Both the position numbers and the translations under genes were made by a program. This document shows, piece after piece, positions 46,323 to 57,317 of a DNA stretch of 64,000 bases; the stretch's first letter is position 1, and the number at the start of each line of letters is the position of its first letter. This DNA is from Caulobacteraceae bacterium (GTDB lineage Bacteria; Pseudomonadota; Alphaproteobacteria; Caulobacterales; Caulobacteraceae): assembly GCA_965284535.1 (NCBI GenBank), contig OZ260090.1, positions 1,577,916 to 1,641,915 of the forward strand, in the 5' to 3' direction. The notes under the pieces were generated by a model. The model was not told the DNA's origin. It saw nothing but the letters and a program-made list of their open reading frames with translations, and did not search any database.

Positions 46323-48488
46323 CTATCGGCCCCCGGCCGATCGAAGGGCCTGCCGCGCGAGCACCGTGAACCGCCAGGCCAGACTGCCGTCCGGTTTGCG
46401 ACCGATCATGTCCCTGACCCGCCAGCCGGTGGTGGTTTCGACCAGTTCATAGGTGATGTCCCTCGGTTCGCCGACATTGAGGAAACGCACCCGGACGGCG
46501 GCCCCGTCATAGTCGACGCGGGTCTCGTAACGGGCCTCGGTCACATAGATGTAATTGCTGCCCATGGAGGGATCGAAACCGACCCCGTGGCCTTCGGTTG
46601 CGGCGTCCAGCGCGATGACGACCCTTGCAAGATCGGGCGTCAGCCAGCGACGCAGGGCGGCGGGCGAGCCTCCCGTGGCCTCCCAGTTCTCATCCTCATG
46701 CAGGGCCCGGACGAAGGCCTCGGCGGCGGCGAGCCGGGCGGCTTCGCGCTTCTCGTTCTCGGCGGGCGTGGCGGCCGGCACCGTCACCGGAACGACAGGC
46801 TGCATGGCTTGTGCGGGGGAGACCGCTCCGGAGGGGGCGCGCCGGGTCGGGGTGTCGACCGGGGGGCTCCCTTGATCCCCGGATATCGATTCAGCTGTCG
46901 GCGCCCCGGGCTGATGGGTGCGGCCGAACAGGCTGGCGGTCGTTGAGGCCAGGACCTCGGTCGCCGGGGCGAGGGGGCCGCGGGTCAACAGGGTATCGGC
47001 ACCGATCCCGTAGGCGACAAATGCCGCCAACCACAGGCTGAGCACGCTCTTGATCCCCGCCATCACCCAGCCGCTGCGCCCGGACCAGACATTGACACCG
47101 GCCACGACCGCCGCGCCCGTGAAAATAGCGAGCAATCCCCATTCGAGATCGCCGTTGCCGCCCTGCCTCAGGGTCTCGCTGAGAGCGAGGAACAGGGCAC
47201 CAAGGATCAGCAAACCCGCGGCCCAGACGGCCAGCACCAGCCGGGGGTCGAACCGTGACGGTTGCACCGCGCTGATCGGCTGGTCCCGCCAGTCGTGCAG
47301 CAGACTTTCCAGCGACTCGTGCGCCGCCAGATGTTCCGCCTCGGTCGGGGCTTCGGATGCGTGGGCCAGATCCTCGCGCAGATTGTGCCGCGCCTGAGCG
47401 ACGATCCGCTCCCGGTCTTCCGGGGTCCGCGCGGGGTGGGCCGCGATGGCGCGTGAGAGGGCTGCCGCGGGGCTGGCCCGCTGCGGTTTCACGGCCGGTG
47501 TCCCTCCGCCCCGAGCGCGATCCAGCTCCTGCTGGATGCGGAAGGCGGCCAGGGCCGCAAAGGCCCGCGCCCGATGGGCCTTCGGGTCCAGGCTGGCGAA
47601 AAAGTCGCTCCAGCCGTCCGTGGGGGAGTCGATGACACCACCCTCCTCGAGCAGGGTCTCGACGCCGTCCCGGGTCGCGTCGTCCAGGGTGATCCCGTGG
47701 CCGGCTGTCAGGCGGGTCTCGCCGGTCGAGGCAGACAGGGCCGAGACCAGGGCCGGGCTCACCCGACTGGGCACGGAGAACACCAGAGACTGCCCGTCCG
47801 CCAGGGCAATCCGAACGAAGGCGGCCTTGATGTCCTGGGTCGAGCGGGTGCCGAACGCCGTGTCCAGCGCCCATGAGGCCAGACCATGGATGACCGCCCG
47901 CCCGAACGCGCCCTTGCGCAGATCCTCGGCGGTCAGGGCCTCAACCGATACCGAGGTCACCTCGCCGAAGGGGATCGCGAAATCCATGATCCGGGCCAGG
48001 CCGTTCGGCGCATAGGCGTTGATGAACTGGCCGAGCAACAGGGCCCGGAAGGAGTCGAGATGCTCGGTATTGTGAAAATGCCGCATCAGCTGAAACCGGT
48101 CACGGCCGACGGCCAGCAGGTATTTGCCTTCCAGCTTGCCGGCGGCGGCGGGCCCGTTCAGCAATTGTCCGACGGGAATGGCGCGGCCGGTGAACCCCGG
48201 CAGTCGCATCTGCAGCTCGGACCGCAACTGGCGACGGGTGTTCCAGCGGAAGGCCCAGCCTGCCCCCCAGATCGCGAGACAGGCGCTGGCAAGGGTCAGG
48301 AACGCGCCGCGAACGACGGCACGATCATCCTCGCCGGTCATCAGATCGATGCCGTGGACCAGCGGGAATATCAGCAGGATCAGTCCAAGCCCGGTCGCGG
48401 CGGCGACGCCCAGTGCGACCAGACACCCGGGGGCGTTTGAAGGCGCTTCAGCTCCGTTGGATCCGCCTGCCCGGTCTTGATCGCTCAT
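46323..48488 (-). CDS. Mosaic membrane protein with C-terminal DUF3828-like domain
   Basis: 721-aa ORF with two TM clusters, Pro/Ala linker and GFDP...VRVRFLNVGEP...YELVETTTGWRVRDM. Confidence 0.65.
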   Translation of the reverse strand: MSDQDRAGGSNGAEAPSNAPGCLVALGVAAATGLGLILLIFPLVHGIDLMTGEDDRAVVRGAFLTLASACLAIWGAGWAFRWNTRRQLRSELQMRLPGFTGRAIPVGQLLNGPAAAGKLEGKYLLAVGRDRFQLMRHFHNTEHLDSFRALLLGQFINAYAPNGLARIMDFAIPFGEVTSVSVEALTAEDLRKGAFGRAVIHGLASWALDTAFGTRSTQDIKAAFVRIALADGQSLVFSVPSRVSPALVSALSASTGETRLTAGHGITLDDATRDGVETLLEEGGVIDSPTDGWSDFFASLDPKAHRARAFAALAAFRIQQELDRARGGGTPAVKPQRASPAAALSRAIAAHPARTPEDRERIVAQARHNLREDLAHASEAPTEAEHLAAHESLESLLHDWRDQPISAVQPSRFDPRLVLAVWAAGLLILGALFLALSETLRQGGNGDLEWGLLAIFTGAAVVAGVNVWSGRSGWVMAGIKSVLSLWLAAFVAYGIGADTLLTRGPLAPATEVLASTTASLFGRTHQPGAPTAESISGDQGSPPVDTPTRRAPSGAVSPAQAMQPVVPVTVPAATPAENEKREAARLAAAEAFVRALHEDENWEATGGSPAALRRWLTPDLARVVIALDAATEGHGVGFDPSMGSNYIYVTEARYETRVDYDGAAVRVRFLNVGEPRDITYELVETTTGWRVRDMIGRKPDGSLAWRFTVLARQALRSAGGR

Positions 48489-48569
48489 GCCCTCGCCCCC
48501 CGTATCCTGGGCTCAGGGTAACGGCAGGGGCGGGTGGAACAAGGGTTTGCGGGACTCAGCGGCTCCGGA

Positions 48570-49766
48570 TCAGGCCTTCAGCGCCTCGACACCGGGCAGG
48601 GGTTTGCCCTCCATCCACTCCAGGAAGGCACCGCCGGCGGTGGAGACGAAGGTCATGTCGTCGGCCGCTCCGGCATGGTGCAGGGCCGCCACGGTGTCGC
48701 CGCCGCCACCAACCGCAACCAGCGCGCCGCTCCTGGCGAGCTGCCCCGCCGCCTGCGCCGCCTTGACGGTGGCCGCATCGAACGGCGGCACCTCGAACAC
48801 GCCCAGCGGGCCGTTCCAGATCAGGGTGCGCGACAGGGCCATGGCCTTGACCAGCGCCTCGACGGTCAGGGGGCCGGCATCGAGAATCTTCTCGTCCTCG
48901 CCGATGTCTTCACGGGCCAGCACGGTACGGGTCTCGACCCCCAGCTTGACCTCGGTCGCCACCACGACGTCGCGCGGCAACAGGATTTCACAGCCCCTGG
49001 CCTCGGCCTCGGCGAGGATTTCGCGGGCAGTGTCGGCCATGTCCCGCTCGGCCAGAGAACCGCCGATGTCGACGCCCTGGGCAAACAGGAAGGTGTTGGC
49101 CATGCCGCCGCCGATGGCGAGGCGGTCCAGCTTGCCGACCAGGTTCTTCAGCAGGTCCAGCTTGGTCGAGACCTTGGCCCCGCCGACGATGCCCAGCACC
49201 GGCTTGACCGGATTGCCCAGGGCCGCGTCCAGCGCATCCAGCTCGCGCCGCATGGATTCGCCGGCATAGGCGGGCAGGAGCCGGGCGAGGCCCTCGGTCG
49301 AGGCATGGGCGCGGTGGGCGGCGGAGAAGGCGTCGTTGACGTAGATGTCACCCAGTTCGGCCAGCTGCGCGGCGAAGGCGGGATCGTTCTTTTCCTCACC
49401 GGCGTGGAAGCGGACGTTTTCAAGCAGGACCACGCCGCCGGCGTCGAGGTCGGCGATGACCGATTTTGCCTCATCCCCCACGCAGTCGTCCGCGAACCGT
49501 ACTGGCGCGCCGAGCAGCCGTTCCAGATCATCCACGACCGGCTGCAGGCTCATGGAGAGCACGCGCTGGCCCTTGGGCCGGTCGAAATGGGCCAGCAGCG
49601 CCACCTTCGCGCCGGCGTCACGCAGCCTGTTGATTGTCGGCAGGGCGACGCGCAGCCGGGTGTCTTCGGTGACCTTGCCGTCCTCCATCGGAACGTTGAA
49701 GTCCACGCGGACGAGGGCGGTCTTGCCGGCGAGGTTCTTGACGTTGTCGAGGGTGCGGAAGGTCAT
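48570..49766 (-). CDS. pgk: Phosphoglycerate kinase
   Basis: [51 protein letters not shown]. Confidence 0.98.
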   Translation of the reverse strand: MTFRTLDNVKNLAGKTALVRVDFNVPMEDGKVTEDTRLRVALPTINRLRDAGAKVALLAHFDRPKGQRVLSMSLQPVVDDLERLLGAPVRFADDCVGDEAKSVIADLDAGGVVLLENVRFHAGEEKNDPAFAAQLAELGDIYVNDAFSAAHRAHASTEGLARLLPAYAGESMRRELDALDAALGNPVKPVLGIVGGAKVSTKLDLLKNLVGKLDRLAIGGGMANTFLFAQGVDIGGSLAERDMADTAREILAEAEARGCEILLPRDVVVATEVKLGVETRTVLAREDIGEDEKILDAGPLTVEALVKAMALSRTLIWNGPLGVFEVPPFDAATVKAAQAAGQLARSGALVAVGGGGDTVAALHHAGAADDMTFVSTAGGAFLEWMEGKPLPGVEALKA

Positions 49767-49804
49767 CGGATTTCTCAAAGTTCGTCCGGCGGTGCCGGTG
49801 TCAG

Positions 49805-50199
49805 TCAGAAGGCATTGCAGACGGGATAGGCCATCAGCCAGTTCTGCCATGATAGCCAGACAGAGGCGGCGCCAATCAGCGACCCTGAGACCCAGGTGAA
49901 GGGCGACCGAGGTTCACGGCGCACGAACGACACGAAGGCCCAGATCCAGATCAGCATCAGCAGGGCGAAGACAACCGTCATCGCCATGTCGAACATACCC
50001 GTGCCCGGCATGTGTCCATGCAGCGCCGAGCGGGAGCCGGCCGGGGCCGAGGCGCCGAAATTGTGCGCATACTCCGTCGGCCAAAGGATCATGTTGCGGA
50101 TCAGGCAGCCGAACGTGACTCCCATGCTCGCAACAAGGCCGGCCATCGCAAGAATGACGGCCTCGAGAACGCGTCGGCCATTCGGGCCGATGCGGACCA

Positions 50200-50200
<1 letters not shown>
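49805..50200 (-). CDS. Small membrane protein inserted between gap and pgk
   Basis: Three hydrophobic segments; ATG overlaps the gap stop (TGATG). Confidence 0.65.
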
Positions 50201-51207
<1,007 letters not shown>

Positions 51208-51258
51208 GGGGCGGTCTCCGAAGAAGCGGTGTCAGGGTTGGCGCTTCAATGAAGCCGG

Positions 51259-51285
51259 CGGGCGCGGGGATCAACCCCGCGCCCG
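51259..51285. terminator. 11-bp GC hairpin between the S41 peptidase gene and gap
   Basis: cgggcgcgggg-atcaa-ccccgcgcccg. Confidence 0.55.
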
Positions 51286-51345
51286 TAACAAGGCGTGATG
51301 AACTGTAACGCCTTCCCCCCAAGCGGAGCACCGGGGGAGGAATAC

Positions 51346-52686
51346 TCAGTCCGTGCGGCGTGAACGCGGGCCGGGGCCGCCCAGGCCGAATGAATCCATG
51401 ATTGTGACCCGGCCGGCCTCGTCGCGGCTGAACTGCACCCTCCGCGAGGGGTCGCCGACAACGGTGAACAGATCCGGTCCCAGCGCCGACAGCACCACGG
51501 GGGGACGACGACCGCGCATGATCTGCAACTGGTCCCCGGCCACCGAGACAACCTGCTCGCCATAGGTGCCGGCATAGGCCGACAGGTCGCCGGTGGAGGC
51601 GGTCGCGTTCAGGGCCTCCAGAGCCCAGGCAGCGTCGGTCCTGCCGGCGTCTCCGGCAACGATGGCTTCAAGCGCCAGGGTCCGGGCGCGGGTCAGGGCC
51701 TGATCCCATGGCACGGCCACGTCGGGGATGACGCCCGTCCCTTCCCAGTTGCGGCCGGTGTTGGGATTGCGCGGCGAGCCTTGCGAAATGAACACTGCAA
51801 AGCCGCCGCCGACCGGAACCATGCCGCCGGGGTTGGCGGCCCCGCCCGAGGCGTCGCCGACGATGGTCCCCCGCCCCGCGCCCTGAAGCGTGTAGGGGAA
51901 GGCCTCGGCGGCCGAGCCGGTGCGGGCGCTGATCAGGACGTAGACGGGCACGGTCAGCCGCGGGTTCGGATGAAACACCGCCGGGGCCTCGCTCTGCGTC
52001 CCCTGACGGCTGTGGAAGATATTGTAGATCGGGGCATCAGCGGGCGTGAAGGCGCTGGTCAGATAGCCGACCATGGACGGCGCGCCGCCGCCGTTGTCGC
52101 GCAGGTCGAAGATCACCGCGTCCGTCTCGGCGACGAATTCGAGGGCGGCGTCGGCGGCCCGGCGGGCCGGGTCGTCGGGATTGTCGAAATCGATATTCGA
52201 GAACTGGCGCAGGTCGATGTAGCCGATATTGCCCGGCAGGATCTCGACCTTGCGGAAGCCGAAATGGCCGCGGACCTCGATGGGGTTCACCAGTCTCGGG
52301 CCCTGACCGCCGCCCGGAGTCCCGGCGGGGGCGGGGCCTCGCACGACGCGAACCGGCGGCGGGCCGGCCGGTGCGTTTGGATCGAAGGCGACGTTGAAGT
52401 GGGCGTCCAGCGGTCGCAGACGACGGCTTAACGTCGCGGCCAGGTCGCGTCCGTCGGTGAGGCCGTCGAAGGCCCCCGCCGCACCTTCGGCTTCAAGATC
52501 CGTCGCGATGCGTGCGCCCATGGCTGGATCGAAATACAGGTCGCGAATGCGGGCGGCGACGGCGGACACGGTCTGGCGTGGTGTCGGCCTTTCGGAAATA
52601 CGTCCGGCGGTTTCGGCCGACGGTGAGGTCTGGGCCAGGGCCGGCGTGGCCGCCAACAGGACGGTGGCGAGGATCAAGGCGCGCAT
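51346..52686 (-). CDS. S41 family peptidase (IRBP/tricorn-like), secreted
   Basis: Signal peptide, DAHF, NIGYIDL, IFDLRDNGGG, TGSAAEAF, WEGTGVIPD. Confidence 0.92.
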   Translation of the reverse strand: MRALILATVLLAATPALAQTSPSAETAGRISERPTPRQTVSAVAARIRDLYFDPAMGARIATDLEAEGAAGAFDGLTDGRDLAATLSRRLRPLDAHFNVAFDPNAPAGPPPVRVVRGPAPAGTPGGGQGPRLVNPIEVRGHFGFRKVEILPGNIGYIDLRQFSNIDFDNPDDPARRAADAALEFVAETDAVIFDLRDNGGGAPSMVGYLTSAFTPADAPIYNIFHSRQGTQSEAPAVFHPNPRLTVPVYVLISARTGSAAEAFPYTLQGAGRGTIVGDASGGAANPGGMVPVGGGFAVFISQGSPRNPNTGRNWEGTGVIPDVAVPWDQALTRARTLALEAIVAGDAGRTDAAWALEALNATASTGDLSAYAGTYGEQVVSVAGDQLQIMRGRRPPVVLSALGPDLFTVVGDPSRRVQFSRDEAGRVTIMDSFGLGGPGPRSRRTD

Positions 52687-54299
52687 CAGGGCGTCTCCGT
52701 CTTCGATGAAAGGGGCAGTTCGAGCCGGGCCAGAAGCCCGCCTTCGCTCCGGTTGGTCAGGATGACGTCACCGCCGAAGGCGCGGGCCGCCTGCCGTGCG
52801 ACGGTCAGGCCGAGGCCCGCCCCGCCGGTCTCACGGCTGCGCGAGCGCTCGGCGCGATGGAAGGGTTCGAACACGGCCTCGAGCTCGTCTTCGGGGAGCC
52901 CCGGCCCATCGTCCTCGATCATCACTAACGCGCGACCGTCCCGGGCAAAGGCCTTCACCCGAGCCGCGCCGCTGTATTTGACGGCATTGGCGATCAGATT
53001 GCCAAGCGCCCGGCGCAGGGCAGCCGGATCCGCGTTGACCGTCAGTTCGCCGCCGCCGTCGAAGGTCACGGCCTCGCCCGTCTCGGAAAATCCGTGCGCG
53101 CAGTCGGAGGCCAGGGCGTCCAGATCGAGGATTTCGCGCCGGTCCGGGGTCGCCTCGCCGCGCACATAGGCCATGGCCTGGGCGATCAGGGCGTCCATCT
53201 CCTCGATGTCGGCGGCCATGCGATCGCGGACCGCCTCGGGGACCTGTTCGGCCCGGAAGCGAAGACGGGTCAGGGGGGTGCGCAGGTCGTGGGCGATGGC
53301 GGCGACCGTCTGGGTGCGCCGGCGTATGTGGTCGCGCAGGGACGCCTGCATGTCGTTGAAGGCGTGAATGGCCGTTCGCACCTCGCTGGGTCCGGATGGT
53401 GCCAAGGGCTCCGCCTCGGGGTTGGCCCCCAGCCGTTCCGCCGCCTCGGCGAAGACCCGGATGGGTCGTGTCAGTCGTCGCGCCATCCACCAGACCAGCG
53501 GTGCCAGCAGCAGCATGGAGATGCCCAGCGCCAGCAGCACCCGCTGTTGCCAGGGCGACAACAGTCCGTGCGGCGGTTCAACCGTGGCCCATCGTCCGTC
53601 CGGCTGGCGCACCGCGGCGGAAAAGGGCGCGAAGGTCAGCCTGTCAGCCCGAATGGTGAATCGTTGCGTCTCGTGATCGACAGCGAACGCCCCGCCTTCC
53701 GGGCTGCCCTGTTCGGGATGATGGATGTTCATTTCGGCCGTGACCTCGGTACCGTTCCGGATGACGACCGTCTCGCTGGATTGCCAGCGGACCCCCAGTT
53801 CCGGTGTCGGTTCACCGGGAGGATGGGGCGGAAGGGGAGGAGCGGGCGGCGGCGGCGGGCGCGGAATGGCTTGATCCGGCACCGCATCGGGCCGGACGAA
53901 GACGAAATCGACGCGCTCGCGAGGACCGGAGCCGTCGCCCGGTCCGGAGAGCTGGTGCCGGCGCGAGCCATGGTCGACCGTGACCCGGACGGTATCCATT
54001 TCGACCCCGAGCCTTTGGGCCAGCCCGGCGCGGATCGCCATGGCCATCGGGTCGATCTGGATGTCGGGCTCCGGCCCGGGCGGGCGGTCCACGATGCGAC
54101 GGCGCAGGGCGCGGCCATCCGCCGTTTCCGCGGGTTCGCCCTTCAGGGCGGCGGCCGCGGTCTCGATACTGAAGCCCGCCGGCCCGGGTTCGGGAGCCAG
54201 GATCACGACGCCGAACGCCACCGCCTGGGACATGACCACCGCCAGCGCCGCGAGCGCCGCGACCTGGACCAGGACGGGAAAGGATGACGGCCGCCTCAT
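52686..54299 (-). CDS. Membrane sensor histidine kinase (HAMP-HisKA-HATPase)
   Basis: Two TM helices around a Pro-rich periplasmic loop; AIAHDLRTPL; NAVKYS; GGAGLGL. Confidence 0.93.
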   Translation of the reverse strand: MRRPSSFPVLVQVAALAALAVVMSQAVAFGVVILAPEPGPAGFSIETAAAALKGEPAETADGRALRRRIVDRPPGPEPDIQIDPMAMAIRAGLAQRLGVEMDTVRVTVDHGSRRHQLSGPGDGSGPRERVDFVFVRPDAVPDQAIPRPPPPPAPPLPPHPPGEPTPELGVRWQSSETVVIRNGTEVTAEMNIHHPEQGSPEGGAFAVDHETQRFTIRADRLTFAPFSAAVRQPDGRWATVEPPHGLLSPWQQRVLLALGISMLLLAPLVWWMARRLTRPIRVFAEAAERLGANPEAEPLAPSGPSEVRTAIHAFNDMQASLRDHIRRRTQTVAAIAHDLRTPLTRLRFRAEQVPEAVRDRMAADIEEMDALIAQAMAYVRGEATPDRREILDLDALASDCAHGFSETGEAVTFDGGGELTVNADPAALRRALGNLIANAVKYSGAARVKAFARDGRALVMIEDDGPGLPEDELEAVFEPFHRAERSRSRETGGAGLGLTVARQAARAFGGDVILTNRSEGGLLARLELPLSSKTETP

Positions 54300-55027
54300 G
54301 CCGCGCCCCGGGTCGCACCTTTGTGGCGCTCGACCCTGACGTCGAACATATAGCCCTCGCCACGCAGGGTCTGGATCATCTCCAGTCCCGATCCGTCGTC
54401 GAGCTTCTTTCTCAGGCGGCTGATCTGCACGTCCATGGCGCGGTCGAAGACGTCGGCGTCGGCACCCCGGGCCTGCTCCAGCAACTGGTCGCGAGTCAGG
54501 ACACGGCCGGGCCGTTCGGCGAAGGCGCGCAACAGGGCGAACTCTCCGGCGGACAGGGCGACATCACGACCATCCGGCCGGGTCAGTTCGCGACGCAGCA
54601 GGTCCAGCCGCCATCCCGCGAACCCCAGGGCAGGTCCTTCGGCGATGGATTCCTCGCGCGGGCGGCGCAGGACGGCCCGGACGCGGGCCAGAAGTTCGCG
54701 GGGATTGCAGGGTTTGGCCAGATAGTCGTCGGCCCCCAGCTCCAGTCCGATGATCCGGTCTGTGTCCTCGCCCATCGCCGACAGCATGACGATCGGTGGC
54801 CCCTTGCCGGCCAGACGGCGGCACACCGACAGCCCGTCCTCGCCCGGCATCATCAGATCCAGCACGATCAGGTCCGGCGTGTGCTGAGCCACGGCGCGAT
54901 CCATTTCTGCGGCGGAGGCGGCACCGACGGCTTCATAGCCATGCTGGACCAGATAGTCGCACAGCACCTCGCGAATGCCGGGGTCATCATCGACGACGAG
55001 AATACGGGGGGCGGCGTCGGCTGACAT
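54296..55027 (-). CDS. OmpR-family response regulator
   Basis: ILVVDDD, IVLDLMMPGEDG, GADDYLAKP, DRAMDVQISRLRKKL, TLRGEGY. Confidence 0.95.
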   Translation of the reverse strand: MSADAAPRILVVDDDPGIREVLCDYLVQHGYEAVGAASAAEMDRAVAQHTPDLIVLDLMMPGEDGLSVCRRLAGKGPPIVMLSAMGEDTDRIIGLELGADDYLAKPCNPRELLARVRAVLRRPREESIAEGPALGFAGWRLDLLRRELTRPDGRDVALSAGEFALLRAFAERPGRVLTRDQLLEQARGADADVFDRAMDVQISRLRKKLDDGSGLEMIQTLRGEGYMFDVRVERHKGATRGAA

Positions 55028-55157
55028 GGGGGCCATTGTGGCGAACCTCACGCTCGCCGTCATTTCAGCATTGAAACATTCGGCACCGGTGCTGAAATAC
55101 TGTCGCAAGCGCGGCGTGGTCGAACAAGGTCCGCACAACAACGGGAGCCCACCGCTC

Positions 55158-55964
55158 ATGCTGACCCTGATCGCCCTCTCCGCCGCCCTGATGCAACAGG
55201 CTCCGACGCCGCCCGTTCCGCCGACGCCACCCGCCCGGTTTATGTTTATGAGCGCCGAAGGCCCCGGGGGCCTGGACAAGGACGGCGACGGCCAGATCAC
55301 GCGTGAAGAGTTTGCCGCGCCGATGAATGACCATTTCGCCCGCATGGACACGAACAGCGACGGCCGCCTGTCGACCGATGAGATGTCGGCCGGCCACGGC
55401 GCGATGGCCGGGGGCGACCATGATGTCCGGATCATTCGCCGTTCCGATGGTCCCGGTGGACCCGGTGTTCGGCATTTTGAACTGAGCCGGAACGGAGGGG
55501 GCGGCGAACACGAGGTGCGGGTCATCGCCGGACCCGGCGGTCACGGCGGGCCGGGTGTCCACCATTTCGAATTTCGTCGTGAAGGCAGCGAAACGGCCGG
55601 ATCGGGTGAAGGCCGGACCATGGTCTTCATCGGTGGCGAACCCGGTGCCGGTGGCGAACGCGAGATCATCATTCATGGCGAGTCGGATGGTGCTCCTGTC
55701 GAATGGATGAGTGCCCGTGGCGAGGGCGGCCCCGCCGAGCGGATCGAGATCCGGCGCATCGGCGGTCCGGGCGGCGAGAATGATCTGGACACCGACAACG
55801 ACGGCAAGATCAGCGAGGCCGAGTTCAGTGCCCCGTTGCGAGAGGCCTTCGCCCGGATGGATGCCGACCACTCCGGCTTCATCGAGCCCGGCGAGCATGG
55901 TGCCGGCCACGGTTCCGAGGTCTTCGTCCACCGTATCGAGACGCGGTCGGGTGACGCGGACTGA
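55158..55964 (+). CDS. Secreted EF-hand protein (four EF-hand loops around a Gly/His-rich linker)
   Basis: DKDGDGQITREE, DTNSDGRLSTDE, DTDNDGKISEAE, DADHSGFIEPGE. Confidence 0.88.
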   Translation: MLTLIALSAALMQQAPTPPVPPTPPARFMFMSAEGPGGLDKDGDGQITREEFAAPMNDHFARMDTNSDGRLSTDEMSAGHGAMAGGDHDVRIIRRSDGPGGPGVRHFELSRNGGGGEHEVRVIAGPGGHGGPGVHHFEFRREGSETAGSGEGRTMVFIGGEPGAGGEREIIIHGESDGAPVEWMSARGEGGPAERIEIRRIGGPGGENDLDTDNDGKISEAEFSAPLREAFARMDADHSGFIEPGEHGAGHGSEVFVHRIETRSGDAD

Positions 55965-56018
55965 TCTGTCCGCGACTTCGTGATTTGAAAGGCGGTCCCG
56001 GCGCCCTCTAATGGAGTC

Positions 56019-57305
56019 ATGAGTTTCCGCCGTCTTCTGACGATCGTGACCGCTTCGACGGCGATGGGCCTTGCGCTCATCGCCGTTCCGGCGTTTGCGG
56101 CCGATCCCGCACTGGTGGACGTCGCACCGGCCGTGGCACCCGCCCCGCCCGGCCCCGAGAGGGCGCGGATGAACCAGCGGGTCTTCGACCGGGTCTGGAA
56201 CGAGGTTCGCAGCCAATACTATGACCCGGGCCTGCATGGGGTGGACTGGAACGCCGCGCGCCGGACCTGGCGGCCCAGGGCGCTGAGCGCTCCGGACGAC
56301 CGGACGCTTTACCGCGCCCTGGGCGAGATGCTCGACCTTCTGGACGACGACCACGCCGGGGCGGCACCACCCGCCGTCGCGCGCCGTCAGGATACGCTGC
56401 GCCAGCGCCGGCCCGCGATCGGCGTGTCGCTACGGCCCGAACCGTCCGGCGACGCCTGGCTGATCGAAAGGGTCAGGGCGGGATCGCCCGCCGCCGATGC
56501 CGGAGTGGCCGTGGGCTGGCGGCTCGTCACCAGCGAGGAAGCCCTCTGGACGCCGGAGCAGGATATTTCCGAGGGCCTGCCCGTGACCCTTTCTCTGGTT
56601 GATGGCGAAGGTATTTCCCGACCTCTGACCCTGACCCCGCGCATGATGGATCCGACCCCGGCCTTCGTCGCCGACCGCTCGCGACCGGGCGTGCTGGTGC
56701 TGACCGTCGACGGCTTCGAACCAGGGCTGGGCCGCTGGATGGGCGAGCAGCTGGAGAATCTGCCGTCCGAGATCGATGTCGTCATCGATCTACGGGGCAA
56801 TTCCGGCGGGCGGCTGGCCGAGGCCGATGCGGTGCTCAGCTGTTTTTTGCCGCGCGACCGGCTGTGGGCGGCGCGTACCGGCCGGTCGGGTCGGCGCGTG
56901 GAACTCAGGACGGCCGGCGGCTGCGGCGATCTGGCCCGACCCGTCGACAATGAGGTCGCCGTCCTCGTCGACGCCAACAGCCGAAGCGCCGCCGAACTGA
57001 CACCCGCGGCTCTCCAGGAGGCCCGCCGCGCGGTGGTGGTCGGGGGACCCACGGCGGGCTCGGTGCTGATCTCCCAGGAGACGAGTCTCCCAGACGGCGG
57101 CCGACTGAACCTCAGCCGGTCTGACTTCATCACCTCGGGCGGCGTGCGGCTCGAAAAGCGCGGCGTGACGCCGGACATCGTCGCCCCGCTGACACTGGAA
57201 GACCGGCGGGCCGGTCGCGATCCGGGGCTGGATGCCGCCCTGGCCGCCCTGGCGGGGCCGGCCGTGGAGCCGGCGATGGCGATTCAGGTCGCGCCGGCGC
57301 TCTAG
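56019..57305 (+). CDS. S41 family peptidase with PDZ-like domain, secreted
   Basis: DDDHAG, RVRAGSPAADAG, IDLRGNSGG, SRSAAEL, LEKRGVTPD. Confidence 0.9.
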   Translation: MSFRRLLTIVTASTAMGLALIAVPAFAADPALVDVAPAVAPAPPGPERARMNQRVFDRVWNEVRSQYYDPGLHGVDWNAARRTWRPRALSAPDDRTLYRALGEMLDLLDDDHAGAAPPAVARRQDTLRQRRPAIGVSLRPEPSGDAWLIERVRAGSPAADAGVAVGWRLVTSEEALWTPEQDISEGLPVTLSLVDGEGISRPLTLTPRMMDPTPAFVADRSRPGVLVLTVDGFEPGLGRWMGEQLENLPSEIDVVIDLRGNSGGRLAEADAVLSCFLPRDRLWAARTGRSGRRVELRTAGGCGDLARPVDNEVAVLVDANSRSAAELTPAALQEARRAVVVGGPTAGSVLISQETSLPDGGRLNLSRSDFITSGGVRLEKRGVTPDIVAPLTLEDRRAGRDPGLDAALAALAGPAVEPAMAIQVAPAL

Positions 57306-57317
57306 CCGTCCTTCGCT

